Made by a program: the position numbers and the translations under genes
Origin: Azolla caroliniana
Lineage: Eukaryota; Plantae; Polypodiophyta
Assembly (NCBI GenBank): GCA_043228905.1
Contig: JBHGNT010000004.1
Location: forward strand, 14,694,001 to 14,758,000
DNA length: 64,000 bases
Direction of reading: 5' to 3'
The notes under the pieces: generated by a model
What the model was told of the DNA's origin: nothing
The model's database searches: none
The model's input: only the letters and a program-made list of their open reading frames with translations
In this document: positions 61,990 to 64,000 of the stretch, in pieces
How positions within the stretch are numbered: position 1 is the stretch's first letter
Layout of the letters: each line of letters begins with the position of its first letter

Positions 61990-64000
61990 TGTCGTGCCTT
62001 TCGGCTCCAGATCGTTGCATGAGTCGGGTGGGAACCACTTGGGTTTTGGACTAGGAGGAAAGAAAATTCTAAGGCAATTAAGAATGTGAAATATATTGTA
62101 AGAAAGAAAGATATGAAAATTTCGTGAATCCCACGAGTATAGTGTATTAGTGAGTACTCAAATTAAGAGAGAAAAAATAGTTAGCAAATTCGTGGATCCC
62201 ACGATTATATTAATCAACCCTTGTAAAATAATCAACAACCCCTATACATCTTTCTCTCTTCCTTATATAGTGTTGGAAGAGTCTAAGTTTATCACATGCC
62301 AGCATAATGCTTTTCCTACTTTTAGTTTCATGCACACTGCATGTGCATGATTAGCTTCCTATCTCGTCTTTTCTTTTAACTCGAGTGTCTATGCATGAAT
62401 AACTTTTTGTACCATGCATGTCTAGAAATTTTACATGGGATAAAGTTTACTATAACTTTAAAATTCATAATACGCTAGTACAATGATAAGGCTTAACATT
62501 ATTAACATGGAGGTGCAAGGTTCGAATCTTGCCGTATGCATGTAATATATAATTTTATACTTTCTTCTATTTACAAATATGTCTCTTCATCTAGTGAGAG
62601 ACTCTCACAGACCTTCTTCATCCGGCTCTTGCCGGTTTTGCTTTATCCGGTTCTCGCCGGTTTTCTTTATCCGGTTCTTACCAGATCCTCCTTACCGGTC
62701 CTCTTCGTCCGTTTGTCACCGACTCTCACCGGCCTTCTTCATCCAGCTCTTGCCGGTTCTGCTTCATCCAGTTCTCGCCGGTTTTCTTTATTCGGTCCTT
62801 ACTGGATCCTTCTTACCGGTCCTCACCGGTTCTTCCTTCCGGTTCTCACTGGGTACTACATATCCTATCCGGAGAAACCAAAAATGTAATTTTTCACGTA
62901 GTGTGCGAATTACACTACAACACTCGCCCCCTCCGAACCTGCAGATCCTCCGGTATGTGCCGAAGTCCCCGATGCTTGCTATTCACCTTCATCCGAAGCT
63001 TCCTCCAATTCTCCCCTTAAGTCGACTATGAGTTGTAATCCACTTTCCTCGCTTTCCGCATCACCGCGATCTTCGTCCGATTGCTCCTTCTTGTCGGTCT
63101 TGTCTAGGATCACATAGGGTTCTTCTTCAGTCCGCTTCTTGAAAATCTTGACCCGTTTCCCGGCTATAGGCACTCGTAGCGTCGTTCCATCTAACTTGCA
63201 TAGTTGGTAAGTTCCGTTATCAAAAACTTTCCGAACCTCATATGGACCGAACCACCTTTTCGCGAACTTCCGCATCATTGTATGTTGATGATCCAAACTA
63301 CTATCGTAGACAATCACCCAATCTCCTTCTTCAATCTTCCGCAGTCGTAGTCAGTGCTTTGTGTCGAACCGGCTTTTATTCCGGAATAGCGCTTCTTGTT
63401 GTCGGCGTATTGCTTCCGCTATGTCTTCCGGTCTTCCCTCCAGTTGTCGTATCCGGACCGCTAGTAGTTCTTTCCGGCTCATCTCTTCCTTGCATGGTAG
63501 CATTGTCCATGCCGCGATTGCGGTTTCCGTCGGCATTACCGATGCTTGTCCGGTCATAAGTTCTGCCGGCATGTAACCGGTTATGGAGCTATGCGTTGTC
63601 CGATCCGCCCATAATGCATACGGAAGCCTCTGCGGCCAATCCTTCACCCTTCCATCGCACACCTTCACAAGTGCTTTTACAGTCGGACTATGTCCTCGTT
63701 CGATCTTCCCGTTGGCTTCCGGATTGTATGCCGTTGTCAGTGTTAACCGAACTCCATGTTTAGTGAAGAATTCCTTAGCTTTATCAGATTCGAGTTCTCC
63801 CCGATCCGCAATCACTTGTCCTACGCACCTGTACCTGCAAAACACTTCTTCCAAAAGGAATTGGCATACCGTAGAACACGTTTTCCTCTGTAGCGCTCGA
63901 CCTTCTACATGGTTTGTGAGATCTTCCCGAGCTAACACGAAGTACTTCTTTTGTCCGATCCCGGTTGGCATGGCTACAATGTCGACCATCCATTTGAAGT
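61990..64000 (-). mobile_element. 3' end of a Gypsy element: integrase, PPT, 3' LTR 61990-62922
   Basis: ADRGEL, YNPEANGKIERGH and WFGPY. PPT GGAGGGGGCGAG abuts TGTTGTAGTG. Confidence 0.93.
62469..62538 (+). other. tRNA-like module in the Gypsy LTR U3
   Basis: TAGTACAATG A-box-like, GGTTCGAATC B-box, GCAAG/CTTGC stem, ATACG/CGTAT acceptor-like stem, 44-nt spacing. Confidence 0.6.

Overview
This is eukaryotic land-plant nuclear DNA, probably from a non-seed plant such as a fern (inferred from the retroelement lineages). It holds one intact host gene, the 14-exon DNA polymerase delta small subunit POLD2 (7214-10948). Most of the rest is a nest of LTR retrotransposons: Tnt1/Tork-like and other Ty1/Copia elements, a young Tcn1-like chromovirus (15498-21182), a nearly intact tRNA-Trp-primed non-chromovirus Gypsy (43422-50583), solo LTRs and chimeric or deleted derivatives. 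Five signals stand out. (1) tRNA-like A-box/B-box modules with canonical spacing sit antisense in the U3 of three different Gypsy LTR families. (2) The chromovirus has a Tf1-type self-priming structure embedded in a perfect palindrome. (3) There are two -1 ribosomal frameshift signals, one with an H-type pseudoknot. (4) A Copia-type U3 repeat block lies inside a Gypsy LTR. (5) A second, invariant polypurine tract occurs in five Copia copies, with a PPT-enclosing hairpin in three. All calls were made by eye and no searches were run.
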